A stretch of 17,334 nucleotides of DNA from Candidatus Dormiibacterota bacterium (lineage in GTDB: Bacteria > Vulcanimicrobiota > Vulcanimicrobiia > Vulcanimicrobiales > SCRA01): the NCBI GenBank assembly GCA_035533275.1, contig DATLUD010000060.1, positions 1 through 17,334 on the forward strand, in the 5' to 3' direction. Positions within the stretch are counted from its first letter, which is position 1, and each line of letters begins with the position of its first letter. The notes beneath the pieces are model-generated. The model saw only the letters and a program-made list of their open reading frames with translations. It was not told where the DNA came from and did not search any database. Below are positions 15,526 through 17,334 of the stretch, one piece after another. A program made the translations under genes and the position numbers.

Positions 15526-16350
15526 GTGCTGATCGGATTCTTCGGTCCATTCGTCGTGGTCGTCGTGCTCCTGATCGTGGTGAGCGCGTCCGTCAAAGTG
15601 TTGCGCGAATACGAGCGCGGCGTCGTCTTTCAGATGGGCCGCTTCTCGCGCGTCAAGGGGCCGGGCCTCATCCTGCTCGTCCCCTTCGTCCAGCAAATCG
15701 TTCGAATCGACTTGCGGACGATCGTCATGGAAGTTCCGAGTCAAGATCTGATCTCTCGCGACAACGTCTCGGTCAAAGTGGACGCCGTTCTTTACTTCCA
15801 TGTCGTGGATGCGGCCAAGGCCGTCATCCAAGTGGAGCAATTCGTCGCGGCGACAAACTTGCTCGCGCAGACTACGCTACGCTCGGTTTTGGGTCAGCAT
15901 GACCTCGATGAGATGCTGGCAGAGCGCACACGGCTCAACACGGACATTCAGGACATCCTCGATACGCGAACCAAAGCATGGGGCATCGAGGTGAGCGCGG
16001 TCGAGATTCGTGACGTCCAGCTGACGGAGAACATGGTCAAGGCGATCGCCAAGCAAGCAGAAGCCGAGCGCGATCGGCGCGCAAAGGTGATCCATGCCGA
16101 AGCCGAGTTCCAGGCATCGCAGGTGCTCGTCAACGCTGCGACGATTCTTGGATCGATCCCGGCGGCGATGCAGTTGCGCTATCTGCAGACCCTGACCGAG
16201 GTGGGAGGAGAGCACAATTCAACGATCGTGTTCCCCATGCCGCTCGACATCGTCAAGCCATTCTTGGATATCCTCGAGAGAGCGGCAGCCCCGGCCCCCG
16301 CCAGCGCGATGGTCACGAACGGGCTCAAGCTCACGGTGCCGCCGGCGTAA
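15526..16350 (+). CDS. SPFH/band-7 (stomatin-like, slipin) membrane protein (274 aa).
   Basis: N-terminal TM segment (LIGFFGPFVVVVVLLIVV) and an SPFH domain (VLREYERGVVFQMGRF ... IRDVQLTENMVKAIAKQAEAERDRRAKVI). The GTG start is preceded by AAGAGG. Confidence 0.85.
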   Translation: MLIGFFGPFVVVVVLLIVVSASVKVLREYERGVVFQMGRFSRVKGPGLILLVPFVQQIVRIDLRTIVMEVPSQDLISRDNVSVKVDAVLYFHVVDAAKAVIQVEQFVAATNLLAQTTLRSVLGQHDLDEMLAERTRLNTDIQDILDTRTKAWGIEVSAVEIRDVQLTENMVKAIAKQAEAERDRRAKVIHAEAEFQASQVLVNAATILGSIPAAMQLRYLQTLTEVGGEHNSTIVFPMPLDIVKPFLDILERAAAPAPASAMVTNGLKLTVPPA

Positions 16351-16424
16351 GAGTGCGCTGGCCCGATGGCCATGGGACCGGGTGATGAAGGAGATGGCCG
16401 CACCTTGGTTGCTTGCGCGGCGCG

Positions 16425-16760
16425 TCAGGATGGCGCGCCGGTGGGCGGGAGGGGCTGGTTCGTTGCGTCGTGCCGGCGCGCGGAAGCCGCGCCGATCACC
16501 GCGTTGTAGACCCAGGCCACGATGGCGCCGCCGAGCGCGGAGATGGCCACGAACCAGACGAAGCCGATCAGCCCGAAGCCGCCATAGCCCCAGCCCATGT
16601 GCGGGTAGCCGGGTGCGCCTCCGTACGGGCCCCGCATCACGGATCCCATGCCGTACATGAACGGCATGCCCATCGAGAGCGATGCGAGGACCCCTAGCGC
16701 GGCGAAGCCCGCGGCCAGACCGGCAGGGCTCAAGGGGTGGTAGCGTGGTGTCTCGTTCAT
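16425..16760 (-). CDS. Small glycine/tyrosine/methionine-rich membrane protein (111 aa) with two predicted TM helices. Function unknown.
   Basis: GGAGGA lies 7 nt before the ATG at 16760. The two hydrophobic segments flank a GPYGGAPGYPHMGWGYGG loop. The N-terminal extension in the ORF track is spurious. Confidence 0.6.
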   Translation of the reverse strand: MNETPRYHPLSPAGLAAGFAALGVLASLSMGMPFMYGMGSVMRGPYGGAPGYPHMGWGYGGFGLIGFVWFVAISALGGAIVAWVYNAVIGAASARRHDATNQPLPPTGAPS

Positions 16761-16819
16761 CGTCGTCTCCTCCGGGGCGCGGGCTCCATCGATAGCGTAC
16801 CCACGTTGGGAGACGCGGC

Positions 16820-17334
16820 ATGCGCGCGTCACGAATAGGCTGGATGGCCCTACGCGGAGAAGTCGACCCGGACATGAAACCCCTGCTCTCGCTTCAGTAC
16901 GTGCCGGCCGGCACGGGATACCGCCTGCGGCTGGGGCCCCTCGAGTTCAGCCAGAGCTCGTTCCTGATCCTCACGGCCGTCGTCGTCGGCGGCAGCTGCG
17001 GCCGGGAGGGGCCGATCGTGCAGATCGGCGCGACCATCGGCTCGGTCTTGGGGCAGATCGTCCAGGCCCCCGCGCCCATCGTTCGAACGCTGGTCGCCTG
17101 CGGGGCGGCGGCCGGCATCTCCGCAACCTTCAACGCCCCCATCGGGGGCGTCTTCTTTGCCAGCGAGGTGATCCTCGGCGACTTCGCGCCGCACTCGTTC
17201 GCGGCGATCGTCGTCTCCAGCGTCACGGCCGCCGTCATCGGGCGGGCCTATCTGGGCGATCGCCCCTCGTTCGACGCCGCCGGCTTCAAGTTGATCTCCG
17301 GGCAGGAGCTCTGGCTCTACGCGCTGCTGGGGAT
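16820..17334 (+). CDS. ClC-family chloride channel/transporter homolog (partial; continues past the window end). Its N-terminus is short relative to canonical ClC proteins.
   Basis: GREGPIVQIGATIG, TLVACGAAAGISATFNAPIGGVFFASE and LWLYALLG align collinearly with E. coli ClC-ec1 from helix D onward. The start could be the ATG at 16820, 16844 or 16874. A stop at 16793 in this frame excludes an upstream continuation. Confidence 0.7.
   Translation, partial: MRASRIGWMALRGEVDPDMKPLLSLQYVPAGTGYRLRLGPLEFSQSSFLILTAVVVGGSCGREGPIVQIGATIGSVLGQIVQAPAPIVRTLVACGAAAGISATFNAPIGGVFFASEVILGDFAPHSFAAIVVSSVTAAVIGRAYLGDRPSFDAAGFKLISGQELWLYALLG

Noticed and set aside
16351-16450. Terminator hairpin between the convergent SPFH and miniprotein genes
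   Set aside because: Only short GC palindromes (ATGGCCAT, GGCGCG/CGCGCC) with weak stems are present, partly inside coding sequence. This is not convincing as a structured terminator.
1-17334. CRISPR arrays, insertion sequences, integrase/transposase genes, rRNA
   Set aside because: No regularly spaced direct repeats, terminal inverted repeats with a transposase ORF, or rRNA-like conserved blocks were seen anywhere in the window.

Overview
This is a high-GC (~70%), gene-dense bacterial chromosomal segment. Genes carry strong GGAGG-type ribosome-binding sites and frequent GTG starts, and several pairs overlap at start/stop codons. The chromosome is probably from a high-GC Gram-positive-like or Chloroflexi-like organism; I did not pin down the lineage. 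Many long arginine-rich ORFs on the opposite strand of real genes are GC-composition artefacts and were ignored.

Contents from left to right:

1. A lower-GC structured-RNA-like stretch ending in a perfect tRNA T-arm, acceptor 3' strand and CCA (to nt 315), followed by a 12-bp hairpin. I could not fold a full tRNA and could not confirm a tmRNA.
2. A lipoprotein gene.
3. A non-homologous end-joining (NHEJ) locus with LigD split into a stand-alone ATP-dependent ligase-domain gene that is convergent with ku, plus a fused phosphoesterase/primase-polymerase gene whose stop overlaps the ku start.
4. An MFS transporter.
5. A translationally coupled pair encoding a TtuC/DmlA-type tartrate (D-malate) dehydrogenase and a mandelate-racemase-subgroup enolase-superfamily enzyme.
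6. The conserved but functionally uncharacterised triad of a circularly permuted ATP-grasp protein, an Alpha-E domain protein and a transglutaminase-like cysteine protease. The ATP-grasp gene carries a 1-nt frameshift inside its conserved GGYGM motif.
7. An acetoin/pyruvate-dehydrogenase-type E1 alpha plus E1 beta operon that ends in a free-standing 77-aa lipoyl-domain protein, with no E2 catalytic domain nearby.
8. A divergent paralog of the LigD polymerase domain in which all three catalytic aspartates and the NTP-binding histidine are replaced.
9. A compositionally foreign (~52% GC) small secreted protein.
10. An SPFH/band-7 protein, a glycine-rich two-TM miniprotein, and the start of an N-terminally short ClC-family channel with a GTGYR substitution at the GSGIP filter position.

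No CRISPR array, transposase, integrase or rRNA gene is visible. The most unusual single item is the catalytically dead PolDom paralog. The ATP-grasp/Alpha-E/transglutaminase triad is the main candidate for a system of unknown function.
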